DNA of 60,708 nucleotides, filler included. It is 5 parts of 5 records of this genome, joined end to end, with 100 filler letters (N's around TTAATTAATTAA, not from the genome) between each part and the next. Parts side by side here need not be neighbours in the genome. Positions count along the whole stretch, not along the records: positions 28,280 to 34,051 come from SRR31156797_32014; positions 34,152 to 54,851 come from SRR31156797_32024; 3 more parts are not named here. One strand, given 5' to 3'. A program made the translations under genes and the position numbers. Positions 28,548-36,693 of this stretch are shown piece by piece. The notes beneath the pieces are model-generated. The model ran no database searches. It saw only the letters and a list, made by a program, of their open reading frames with translations, and was not told the origin of the DNA. The number at the start of each line of letters is the position of its first letter. The stretch's first letter is position 1.

Positions 28548-29255
28548 ATGAAAAATAACAAATTAATTTACATTGCCTTTTTTAGCTTAATTATTACAAC
28601 ATTTTTTGTCTCATGTTCTAAAAACGATGACAATATTCCAGAAGATGAATCTCCAATTCTTTTTTCAAAAGAAATTGAAGTATTCGACCTAAACAATGAA
28701 TGTTCTGCAGTAATGAAAATTTCTTCTGAAGATGCAAGTCTACTGGACTTTTACACGGAAAAGAATTTTGAAATTATTCCGGTAAAAGAAGGACAAACTT
28801 TTGACGAAGCTGTTGATGCATATTATGCCCTTTATCCAATACCTGAGGATGAAGACTTAACAGCAGAAGAAGACGATGATGAAAGTATCATTGAAGATTC
28901 TGATGCACCAACTGTTAATATTGAAAAGGTAAGCGAGAGGTTAGTGGAAGGAGTGAAATATTTGGCAATTACGAGTATCGCTCCCGATTTTGGAGATGTA
29001 AGAGGCTGGAATATTTCTACTTATTGGGACTTTAGTGGTTCTTTATATTGTGATTTCAAAAGAACCTCATGGCTTAATAATGTCTATTTTGGAATAAAGT
29101 GTAATGATAATCCATATGATTGGCTTGTTGAATATCCTAAGTGGGCTAAAAATAATAAGTTATATTCCTACTCACAACCAGTCAATTTTGAATGGTGGGA
29201 TTTAAAAGTTAAGTACCGTAGAACAAAGAATTTTACTTATTCATTTCATAACTAA
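28548..29255 (+). CDS. Hypothetical surface lipoprotein with acidic middle and Trp/Tyr-rich C-terminal domain
   Basis: SPII signal FVS-C followed by SKNDD; A-rich translation start typical of Bacteroidota. Confidence 0.85.
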   Translation: MKNNKLIYIAFFSLIITTFFVSCSKNDDNIPEDESPILFSKEIEVFDLNNECSAVMKISSEDASLLDFYTEKNFEIIPVKEGQTFDEAVDAYYALYPIPEDEDLTAEEDDDESIIEDSDAPTVNIEKVSERLVEGVKYLAITSIAPDFGDVRGWNISTYWDFSGSLYCDFKRTSWLNNVYFGIKCNDNPYDWLVEYPKWAKNNKLYSYSQPVNFEWWDLKVKYRRTKNFTYSFHN

Positions 29256-29261
29256 CAGAAT

Positions 29262-29295
29262 ATTTTAGGGTGTATGATTACATACACCCTAAAAT
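29262..29295 (+). terminator. Perfect 15-bp intra-operon hairpin
   Basis: ATTTTAGGGTGTATG-ATTA-CATACACCCTAAAAT, 6 nt after the lipoprotein stop. Confidence 0.7.
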
Positions 29296-29310
29296 TATAA
29301 TTTATATAAT

Positions 29311-30216
29311 ATGAACATAAATGAAATATCTTTCAAAATCATTAGAAATATTCTGGGTCTGTCAATAATTGGTTTAATAGCCTGTCAAGAAATTGAGATT
29401 GACATCAATACGTTAATATCTTCCAAAGAAGCAACTCAATATGAGATTGCAATAGAAGGAGGTATCGTATCCAAAATGGGAAAACAGTTTGTAAGATTAT
29501 CAAAACCAATACAAATCAACGAACAAAGGGGAAGTAGTCCTATTTCTGATGCTACTATAACATTATATGATGGAGATACATATTATGTATATGAAGAATC
29601 TGAGGAGGTGGGGATTTATTTTACTCATGATAGTATTCGCGGTGAAGTAGGTAAATTATACACGCTAACAGTTGAATATAACAACAAGAAATATTTTGCG
29701 TCAGACTCGCTTGTGAAAGTTTTCTTTAATCAGGATGATAAACTACCAATTAAAAATGTTTATGAAGGGAAACATGATAGAGTGTATTTTGATTCAGACT
29801 TTCACAATTTCGGATACCCAGAAGCAAATAAATGGATTTTCAAATTGCCTGGACAAGATGATAATAGGAATTATTATATTAAAGAATTTAATACCGATGA
29901 GCTGGTAAACTGGAGAAATTATATATACACACATAATAATGCATTGCCCCAAGGTTTATTCCCAAATGGTGGTATTGGCACCGGAGCAGGCGGTGATGCC
30001 GATGCCGAGATTGAATTTGTTAAATTCTCCTTGTCAGATAAATACTATAAATATCTATTGTCATATTTTGATGAAACAGTGTGGCATACTGGCATTTTTT
30101 CAACCTATCCCGGTAATACCTATACAAATGTAAGCGACGGCGGTACCGGATATTTCTTTGCATCTGATATAAAAGAAATAAAAGTAAAATTTAGCGATTT
30201 GGCTAATTATGAATAG
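29311..30216 (+). CDS. DUF4249 family lipoprotein
   Basis: Lipobox LIA-C then QEIEID; IAIEGGI...VRLSK; YTLTVEY; C-terminal TNVSDGGTGYFFAS. Confidence 0.8.
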   Translation: MNINEISFKIIRNILGLSIIGLIACQEIEIDINTLISSKEATQYEIAIEGGIVSKMGKQFVRLSKPIQINEQRGSSPISDATITLYDGDTYYVYEESEEVGIYFTHDSIRGEVGKLYTLTVEYNNKKYFASDSLVKVFFNQDDKLPIKNVYEGKHDRVYFDSDFHNFGYPEANKWIFKLPGQDDNRNYYIKEFNTDELVNWRNYIYTHNNALPQGLFPNGGIGTGAGGDADAEIEFVKFSLSDKYYKYLLSYFDETVWHTGIFSTYPGNTYTNVSDGGTGYFFASDIKEIKVKFSDLANYE

Positions 30217-31579
30217 AAGCTTTCTCGTAATAATTATTTATATGCTATCAATATCAGCAGGGTTAAGGGCGCAAGAAGCCATCTCATATTATAACCTCGA
30301 AAAAATTCAAGCATTTGAATCATGGAAAATGCTCGATAATGCCATAAAAAATGATACAAAAAATATTGTAATTGCAGTAATTGACAAAGGCATAAATTTC
30401 AACCACGTAGATTTAAAAGATAATCTTTGGACAAATAAAAATGAAATCCCAAACAATTTAATAGATGATGACCAAAATGGTTTTATTGATGATTATTATG
30501 GATGGAATTTTGCAAATAACACAAATGACATAACAATATCAGGGGTTGGGAATTGGCATGGAACTCCTGTTAATGGGATAATTGGTGCTGTTCATAATAA
30601 CGTAGGAGTAAATGGTGTGTGCCCTAAAATAAAACTTCTAAATGTTGTGAAAGGTGATGATATTGAATCAATAAAAAAATCGCTCAATTATATCTATAAT
30701 TTAAGAAAAAGGTATAACCAGACAGACGGACTCGAAGGTGCTTTTGTGGTTGCAATAAATTGTTCATGGGGAAAGGATTCATTATGGGCAGCCGATTACC
30801 CTGAATGGTGTGAAATTTACAACAAATTAGGAAAAGTTGGAATATTATGTGTTACATCAGCGCCTAATGATAATATTGATGTTGATTTATACGGTGATAT
30901 GCCTTCCACATGTTTAAGCGATTTCTTAATAACAGTAACGAATACCAATCAATTCGACGAAAAAATCTATGATTCCGGCTATGGTTCTTCTTCTATTGAT
31001 TTAGGTTCGCCCGGGGAAAATAGTTTTACCACACTTAATCCGGGAGGATATGGTTATTTTAACGGGACGTCAGCAGCTACTCCCTATGTTACAGGGGCAG
31101 TTGGAATAATGTATTTTTTGCCTTCATTAATTTTTCAGGCTGATATTAAAAATACCCCACAAGAAACTGCTTTACTAATAAGGAAAGTATTATTAGATGG
31201 GATTGATAAATCAACTTCTCTTTTAGGAAAAACAGTTACAGAAGGAAGACTTAATATTTTTAACAGTTTAAAATTATTATGTGATTATTATGGTATTCAA
31301 AGTTTGTACTCTGACAACTTTGCAGAGTTAGAAATAATATCAATTTACCCAAATCCCATTTTAACTGATGCAATATTAACCTTAGAAAGTAATTTAAAAC
31401 AACAGGTAAGTTTATACGTGTCTGATATGATGGGACATATTGTACTTTCACTACAAATAAAACAAAAGGAGGGAATTGATTTACACAGCATTAATTTTTC
31501 TGGGTTAACTCCAGGAATATATATTCTTTCTGTTTCGGATAATAGAATAAGAAAATCAATAAAAATAATAGTACAATAA
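30209..31579 (+). CDS. S8 subtilisin-like serine peptidase with T9SS C-terminal sorting domain
   Basis: Triad motifs AVIDKG, WHGTPV, NGTSAATP; CTD IYPNP...DMMG...GIYIL...KIIVQ. Confidence 0.9.
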   Translation: MNRSFLVIIIYMLSISAGLRAQEAISYYNLEKIQAFESWKMLDNAIKNDTKNIVIAVIDKGINFNHVDLKDNLWTNKNEIPNNLIDDDQNGFIDDYYGWNFANNTNDITISGVGNWHGTPVNGIIGAVHNNVGVNGVCPKIKLLNVVKGDDIESIKKSLNYIYNLRKRYNQTDGLEGAFVVAINCSWGKDSLWAADYPEWCEIYNKLGKVGILCVTSAPNDNIDVDLYGDMPSTCLSDFLITVTNTNQFDEKIYDSGYGSSSIDLGSPGENSFTTLNPGGYGYFNGTSAATPYVTGAVGIMYFLPSLIFQADIKNTPQETALLIRKVLLDGIDKSTSLLGKTVTEGRLNIFNSLKLLCDYYGIQSLYSDNFAELEIISIYPNPILTDAILTLESNLKQQVSLYVSDMMGHIVLSLQIKQKEGIDLHSINFSGLTPGIYILSVSDNRIRKSIKIIVQ

Positions 31580-31589
31580 AGGTTAAACT

Positions 31590-33875
31590 ATGAGAATTAA
31601 ACTAGTATATATAATTCTATTCATAATTAAAAGTCAAATACTTATAGCCCAAGATGTTTTTACAATCAGCGGACATGTTTTTGATAAGAATAATGGAGAA
31701 TATTTAGTAGGGGCAACAATTTACAACCAGTTAACCAGTGATGGAACAACTACTAACGAATATGGTTTTTTTTCAATAAGTATTCCCGTTGGCAGATGTA
31801 ATATTGAATGTTCATTTATTGGATATACAACACAAGAGATTTCTATGCCCATTGGGAAAGATTCTATACTAAACATCGGATTAGACAGAAGAAGCATTGA
31901 TTTAAACGAGGTTCTTGTAACAGAATCAACTAATAGTAATTTGAAAAATAACGAATTTACCGTTGAACGCATTTCTACAAAAGATATAAGGCAGCTACCA
32001 AGTGTTATTGGGGAACCAGATTTAATAAAAACATTGCAACTTCAGTCTGGTGTAAAAACAATTGGAGATGGTTCATCGGGGATGTTTATTCGAGGTGGCA
32101 GTTCTGACCAAAATTTAATTATTATTGATGAAGCCCCTATTTACAATCCCTCTCATTTATTTGGATTAATTTCGGTTTTCAATACAGATGTTTTAAGTGA
32201 TATTAAGTTTTATAAAAGCAATATGCCGGCACAGTATGGAGGAAGGGCTTCTGCGGTAATTGATTGCAAGATGAAAGAAGGTAATTTGAAACAAACACAA
32301 CTTACTGCCGGAATAAGCCCCTTTTCTGCAAACGTTTCTATAAACGGACCAGTAATAAAAGATAAATCGTCCTATTTATTTTCATTAAGAAAAAGCTATT
32401 TAGATATATTTTTAAATACTGGTGCAAATCTGGCTTTATTACCGGCATTTTATGATTTAAATGCAAAAGTAAACACTAAATTAGGTGAGAAAAACAGGTT
32501 ATATTTTTCAGTTTACAATGGTCTTGATAAATTAAGGTCTGTAGATGGTTTTTATAATAAGTGGGGAAATAAAACCACAACTTTAAGATGGAACAGCATA
32601 TTAGATGCAAAACTGTTTTCAAATTTTTCATTTATATATAGTGACTATAACAATTACCTCGAATTTGAAGAAGAAAAACAAAATTACAAATGGCTTACAG
32701 GAGTTAAAGATTTAAATGCCAAAATAGATTTGTCATGGTATATGAAACCAGAAACAGTTCTTAAATTTGGTGGCGGTACAATTTATCATCGTTTTATCCC
32801 GGGGGAAACCAAAGACAGTACTCAAAACATTCCACGTATCCAAGCTATTGAAACATCAGCATATATACTAAATGACATAACATTTTCAAAGTGGTTAGGT
32901 GTAAACTATGGACTCAGACTTTCGGTTTTTCAGAATATTGGGGAAGCTAAAATTTTTAACTACAATAATGATAATGAATATATTTCAACAACGGTGAATC
33001 AAAAAGGGATTTACAATACTTATTGGAATCTTGAACCAAGGGTCAACTTAAATTTTAGAATGAAAGAAACATTATCATTAAAACTGGCTTATGCTCGTAA
33101 TGCCCAGTATATGCAAGTCCTTCAAAACAATTCATTGTCATATTCATCTTTAGAAACATGGTTTCCTGCAAATAAAAATATCAAACCATTACTTGCAGAT
33201 ATATTCTCTTTAGGTGTGTTTAGAAGTATTCCATCAGGCTATTCTGTTTCGGTAGAAACTTATTATAAAAACTTTGAAAATCAAATTGATTATGTTAACC
33301 ATGCAGCTTTGATAAATAATCCATATATAGAAAGCCAAACATTAAGCGGTAAAGCAAAAGCGTATGGAATTGAGTTTAATCTTAAAAAAGAAGTTGGCAG
33401 TTTAACGGGTAGTATTAGCTATAATTACTCAAAAGCAAAGCGCACAATAAAAGGCATTAATAATGGCGATGAATATGACTCCCCTTACGATATTCCGCAT
33501 GACATTAAGATAATTGGAAACTATTCGATAAATAAAAACTGGAATTTCAATTCAGCTTGGGTATTTCAAACAGGGAGACCAGTAACGTTACCCGTGGGTT
33601 TTTATTTTTATCAGGGAGATGCCGTACCTATTTATACTAAACGAAACAGCAGCCGATTTCCTAACTATCACCGTCTTGATATTTCTTGCACCTATCAAAC
33701 AAGAAGAGAAAATAAATCCAATTGGTTTTTAACTTTTGCTATTTACAATTTATACTCAAGGAGAAATCCTTTGGGTTACAAATTAGTTTATGACTATTCT
33801 GCTAACTCAATTAAAGGATATGAATATGCATTATTTACAATTCTCCCAAGTATATCAATTCGATTTGAAATATAA
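31590..33875 (+). CDS. TonB-dependent outer-membrane transporter with CarboxypepD_reg-like N-terminal domain
   Basis: ISGHVFD...GTTTNEYGFFSI; plug GEPDLIKTLQ...IRGGSSDQN...YNPSHLFG; YHRLD; NLYSRRNP. Confidence 0.92.
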   Translation: MRIKLVYIILFIIKSQILIAQDVFTISGHVFDKNNGEYLVGATIYNQLTSDGTTTNEYGFFSISIPVGRCNIECSFIGYTTQEISMPIGKDSILNIGLDRRSIDLNEVLVTESTNSNLKNNEFTVERISTKDIRQLPSVIGEPDLIKTLQLQSGVKTIGDGSSGMFIRGGSSDQNLIIIDEAPIYNPSHLFGLISVFNTDVLSDIKFYKSNMPAQYGGRASAVIDCKMKEGNLKQTQLTAGISPFSANVSINGPVIKDKSSYLFSLRKSYLDIFLNTGANLALLPAFYDLNAKVNTKLGEKNRLYFSVYNGLDKLRSVDGFYNKWGNKTTTLRWNSILDAKLFSNFSFIYSDYNNYLEFEEEKQNYKWLTGVKDLNAKIDLSWYMKPETVLKFGGGTIYHRFIPGETKDSTQNIPRIQAIETSAYILNDITFSKWLGVNYGLRLSVFQNIGEAKIFNYNNDNEYISTTVNQKGIYNTYWNLEPRVNLNFRMKETLSLKLAYARNAQYMQVLQNNSLSYSSLETWFPANKNIKPLLADIFSLGVFRSIPSGYSVSVETYYKNFENQIDYVNHAALINNPYIESQTLSGKAKAYGIEFNLKKEVGSLTGSISYNYSKAKRTIKGINNGDEYDSPYDIPHDIKIIGNYSINKNWNFNSAWVFQTGRPVTLPVGFYFYQGDAVPIYTKRNSSRFPNYHRLDISCTYQTRRENKSNWFLTFAIYNLYSRRNPLGYKLVYDYSANSIKGYEYALFTILPSISIRFEI

Positions 33876-33893
33876 TAATGAAAATATAAGAAA

Positions 33894-34031
33894 ACCACTA
33901 CAGTTAACACGTGGTAAATTTAATTGCCGGGGCAGTGGCAAATTCAACGTTTGTAGCTCGCATAAAAATCACAGCAACTTGACAGTGAAACCGCCCGTAA
34001 TCGGCAACAAAACTTACCACCACCGTTACCA
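33894..34031 (+). repeat. attC-like recombination site
   Basis: TAAC (33905-33908) and GTTA (34025-34028) ends enclose inverted arms GTGGTAAATTTAATTGCCG (33911-33929) and CGGCAACAAAACTTACCAC (34002-34020), 16/19 complementary; begins 18 bp after the last stop codon. Confidence 0.7.
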
Positions 34032-34051
34032 AACATATTGAAGAAAAGAAA

Positions 34052-34151
34052 NNNNNNNNNNNNNNNNNNNNNNNNNNNNNNNNNNNNNNNNNNNNTTAAT
34101 TAATTAANNNNNNNNNNNNNNNNNNNNNNNNNNNNNNNNNNNNNNNNNNNN
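34052..34151. other. Artificial contig spacer
   Basis: N-run with central TTAATTAATTAA. Confidence 0.99.
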
Positions 34152-34333
34152 ATTCAGCGAATAACAAATAACCTCGCCTTAACCTCGATCTATAACTGTT
34201 CGGCAGGGTTCCAGATGCGTACAGGCAGACTGGTAAACTATAGTAATGCTATGTTTCCCTGCCAGATCGTCCGTGGAGGTAATCGCACACTCCGTGGGGG
34301 AGGGGCTGAATGGTTACAAAAATCCTTATATTA

Positions 34334-35332
34334 TCAGGTTGTAACAGGCAACGCATTTTCAAGTTCGTTGTTATTTACACAAGCAGTACCAACCTTACCC
34401 ACAACTATACCTGCCGCATAATTTGCAAGCGCTGCGGCATCTGCCATACTACAACCAGAGGCCAACCCAAGCGCGAGGGTTGCAGCTACGGTATCCCCTG
34501 CCCCAGTCACATCATAGACCTCTTTTGCCATTGTAGGGATGGTAACCATTGGCTGCCCTTGCTGAAACAAAGCCATACCTGCTTCTCCACGGGTAATGAG
34601 TACAGCCTCACAGCCTATATCTTCAATAATATGATGAGCCGCAGCAAGGAGTGTGTGTTCATCATGAATGGCAATACCACTCATCAATCCTGCTTCATGG
34701 TGATTTGGGGTAATAACTGTTGCTCCAACAAAACAATGCATATTGGACGGCTTGGGATCGACAATCAACGGGAGTTTATTCCCTGATCTGCGGTAAACAT
34801 CGTCAAGTACCTGACGAAGTTTAATCATCATCTGTTCGTTCACGACCCCTTTGGCATAATCAGAAACCATGATTGCATCAAAGGTCTCCACATTGTGCTC
34901 AAGATACTCAACAAATTGAGCATAGGTCGGCTTGGAAGGGTCTCCGGTCTGCTCCCGGTCAAAACGAACAACCTGCTGCCCCTGGGCAACGACCCTGGTT
35001 TTTACAGTTGTTGGTCTTTTCCCACAGACAATCCCATCTGTGCCAGCGCCGAGAGCATGCACCAAGTCCTTTATCTGCTGGCCCATTGCATCTGCTCCGA
35101 TCAGTCCACAGATTGCCCCCCGTCCGCCAAGTGAAATTATATTTCGAAGAACGTTTGAACTACCGCCGAGCAGAAGCTCCTCGCGCCGGACATTGACCAC
35201 CGGCACCGGAGCTTCGGGCGATATCCTGGTCACTGATCCCCACACAAAATGATCAACAATGATATCACCGATGACCAGCACCCGTGCCGAGGAGAACCTG
35301 CTTACCAGGTTACGTAATGAATGTACAGACAT
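34334..35332 (-). CDS. rfaE1: D-glycero-beta-D-manno-heptose-7-phosphate kinase (RfaE domain I / HldA)
   Basis: RISPEAPVPV, SDYAKG, VDPK, TPN, YDVTGAGDTV. Confidence 0.93.
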   Translation of the reverse strand: MSVHSLRNLVSRFSSARVLVIGDIIVDHFVWGSVTRISPEAPVPVVNVRREELLLGGSSNVLRNIISLGGRGAICGLIGADAMGQQIKDLVHALGAGTDGIVCGKRPTTVKTRVVAQGQQVVRFDREQTGDPSKPTYAQFVEYLEHNVETFDAIMVSDYAKGVVNEQMMIKLRQVLDDVYRRSGNKLPLIVDPKPSNMHCFVGATVITPNHHEAGLMSGIAIHDEHTLLAAAHHIIEDIGCEAVLITRGEAGMALFQQGQPMVTIPTMAKEVYDVTGAGDTVAATLALGLASGCSMADAAALANYAAGIVVGKVGTACVNNNELENALPVTT

Positions 35333-35363
35333 GATAATATAAGGTTTAAACAGTATCCACAGA

Positions 35364-35897
35364 TTACTTCATTGCCTTATTCAAGGCTTTAGTGACGCTT
35401 TCGGTAAGATCAGCATTATCGCTGGCATATAAGATGACATTATGCGGCAAAACCAGGGTAAAACCTTCGTCTTTTGCAACCTCTTTGACAACGCCTTGAA
35501 GTTTCTTCAAGATAGGTCCGACATTATCCTCCCGCAGCTTTTTCAATTCCAAGTTGGCATCTTCCTGCTTAACAGCCAAGTTACGGCGCATTTTCTGAAA
35601 TGCAATGCCCTTTTCCTGCTTCATTTCATCGCTCCAGGCAGAGCTTTTCTTCTCTATTTCCTGCTGCAAAGCAATGAGTGCCTTTTCGTCTTTCTGAAAA
35701 TCAGCTTGTAATGCTTCCATCTTTTTAGCAACCACTGCCTGTGCGTCTTTTCCTGCATCGGAACCGGCAAGCACTTTCTGCATGTTGATAACACCGATTT
35801 TGACATCAGAAGCCATTGCGCCATTAACACCTACCAGCATGCATCCCATAAAAAGCACTGTCCATATCAAACTCAAAACACTGATTTTTTTGCTCAC
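35364..35897 (-). CDS. skp: OmpH/Skp periplasmic chaperone
   Basis: Signal peptide, KIGVINMQKV, coiled coil, DLTESV; GTG start. Confidence 0.88.
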   Translation of the reverse strand: MSKKISVLSLIWTVLFMGCMLVGVNGAMASDVKIGVINMQKVLAGSDAGKDAQAVVAKKMEALQADFQKDEKALIALQQEIEKKSSAWSDEMKQEKGIAFQKMRRNLAVKQEDANLELKKLREDNVGPILKKLQGVVKEVAKDEGFTLVLPHNVILYASDNADLTESVTKALNKAMK

Positions 35898-35946
35898 GTT
35901 AATCTCCTCTCATGTTATTATAACGTACGTTTTCTGATCAAAAAAT

Positions 35947-35979
35947 AAAACCGGACAGGTTACTCACCTGTCCGGTTTT
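35947..35979 (-). terminator. Intrinsic terminator after pal
   Basis: AAAACCGGACAGGT-TACTC-ACCTGTCCGGTTTT. Confidence 0.8.
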
Positions 35980-35999
35980 GTGTTAAAAAACAAATGGGA

Positions 36000-36509
36000 C
36001 TACTTTACAATGACAAAATCATCCCGACGGTTTTGTGCCCATGATATTTCGTCATGCCCGAAAAGAAGAAGTTTTTCTTCTCCCCAGCTAATAGTAGAAA
36101 GTCTTTCCGGGGCTACCCCCAGATTAACAAGATACGTTTTTGCACTCTGTGCTCTTCGCTCGCCAAGGGCCAGGTTGTACTCTCTTGTCCCACGTGGATC
36201 ACAGTTCCCTTCGATGCGCACATGAATTCCAGAGTCCTTCTTAAGAAAATCAGCATTCCCTTCAATACGCTGCACTTGCTCTCCAACCAAACCAGATCGA
36301 TCAAATTCGAAGTATACTGGTAACATCGGGCCGGAGGTCCTTCCTTCCATAATTTCAGTTTCTTTGCTTTCCAAAGATTCTTCAGGACCTAGCCCTTCGC
36401 TTTTCATTTCGGCTGAAGCATCAGGTGCCTTCTTACCACAACCACTCAAGCCGAGCCCTGTCAAAAGCACCATCATGGCGAGCAGACAAAATGTTTTATC
36501 AACGCGCAT
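36000..36509 (-). CDS. pal: Peptidoglycan-associated lipoprotein (OmpA C-like)
   Basis: Lipobox LSG-C; VYFEFD, IEGNCDPRGTREYNLALGERRA, NRR; GAGGAGG RBS before MRVDK. Confidence 0.92.
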   Translation of the reverse strand: MRVDKTFCLLAMMVLLTGLGLSGCGKKAPDASAEMKSEGLGPEESLESKETEIMEGRTSGPMLPVYFEFDRSGLVGEQVQRIEGNADFLKKDSGIHVRIEGNCDPRGTREYNLALGERRAQSAKTYLVNLGVAPERLSTISWGEEKLLLFGHDEISWAQNRRDDFVIVK

Positions 36510-36693
36510 TACGCCCTCCTCGAACAATTTTATAAAATAACTGGTAACAGTGTACATATTAATGTTGCGATTTTACTCAACCCGTGGAGGAATACAAGAT
36601 TTTTTTCCAGGAAAAGGAATTCACTTGCAAAACCAAACCAGCCTTTCTACACTCGACTGACATCAGTTATAATTATCTTTTGAGAAATAGACA

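Larger units (their letters stand above)
28305..34025 (+). mobile_element. Putative integron-like gene cassette (5721 bp, four genes)
   Basis: GTTAACTGTAATGGT (28304-28318) is the reverse complement of ACCACTACAGTTAAC (33894-33908) at 14/15 nt; all genes point toward the downstream attC-like hairpin. Confidence 0.65.

Noticed and set aside
33790-34041. 83-aa ORF over the end of the TonB gene
   Set aside because: Overlaps the transporter and runs through the attC-like hairpin; better explained as non-coding
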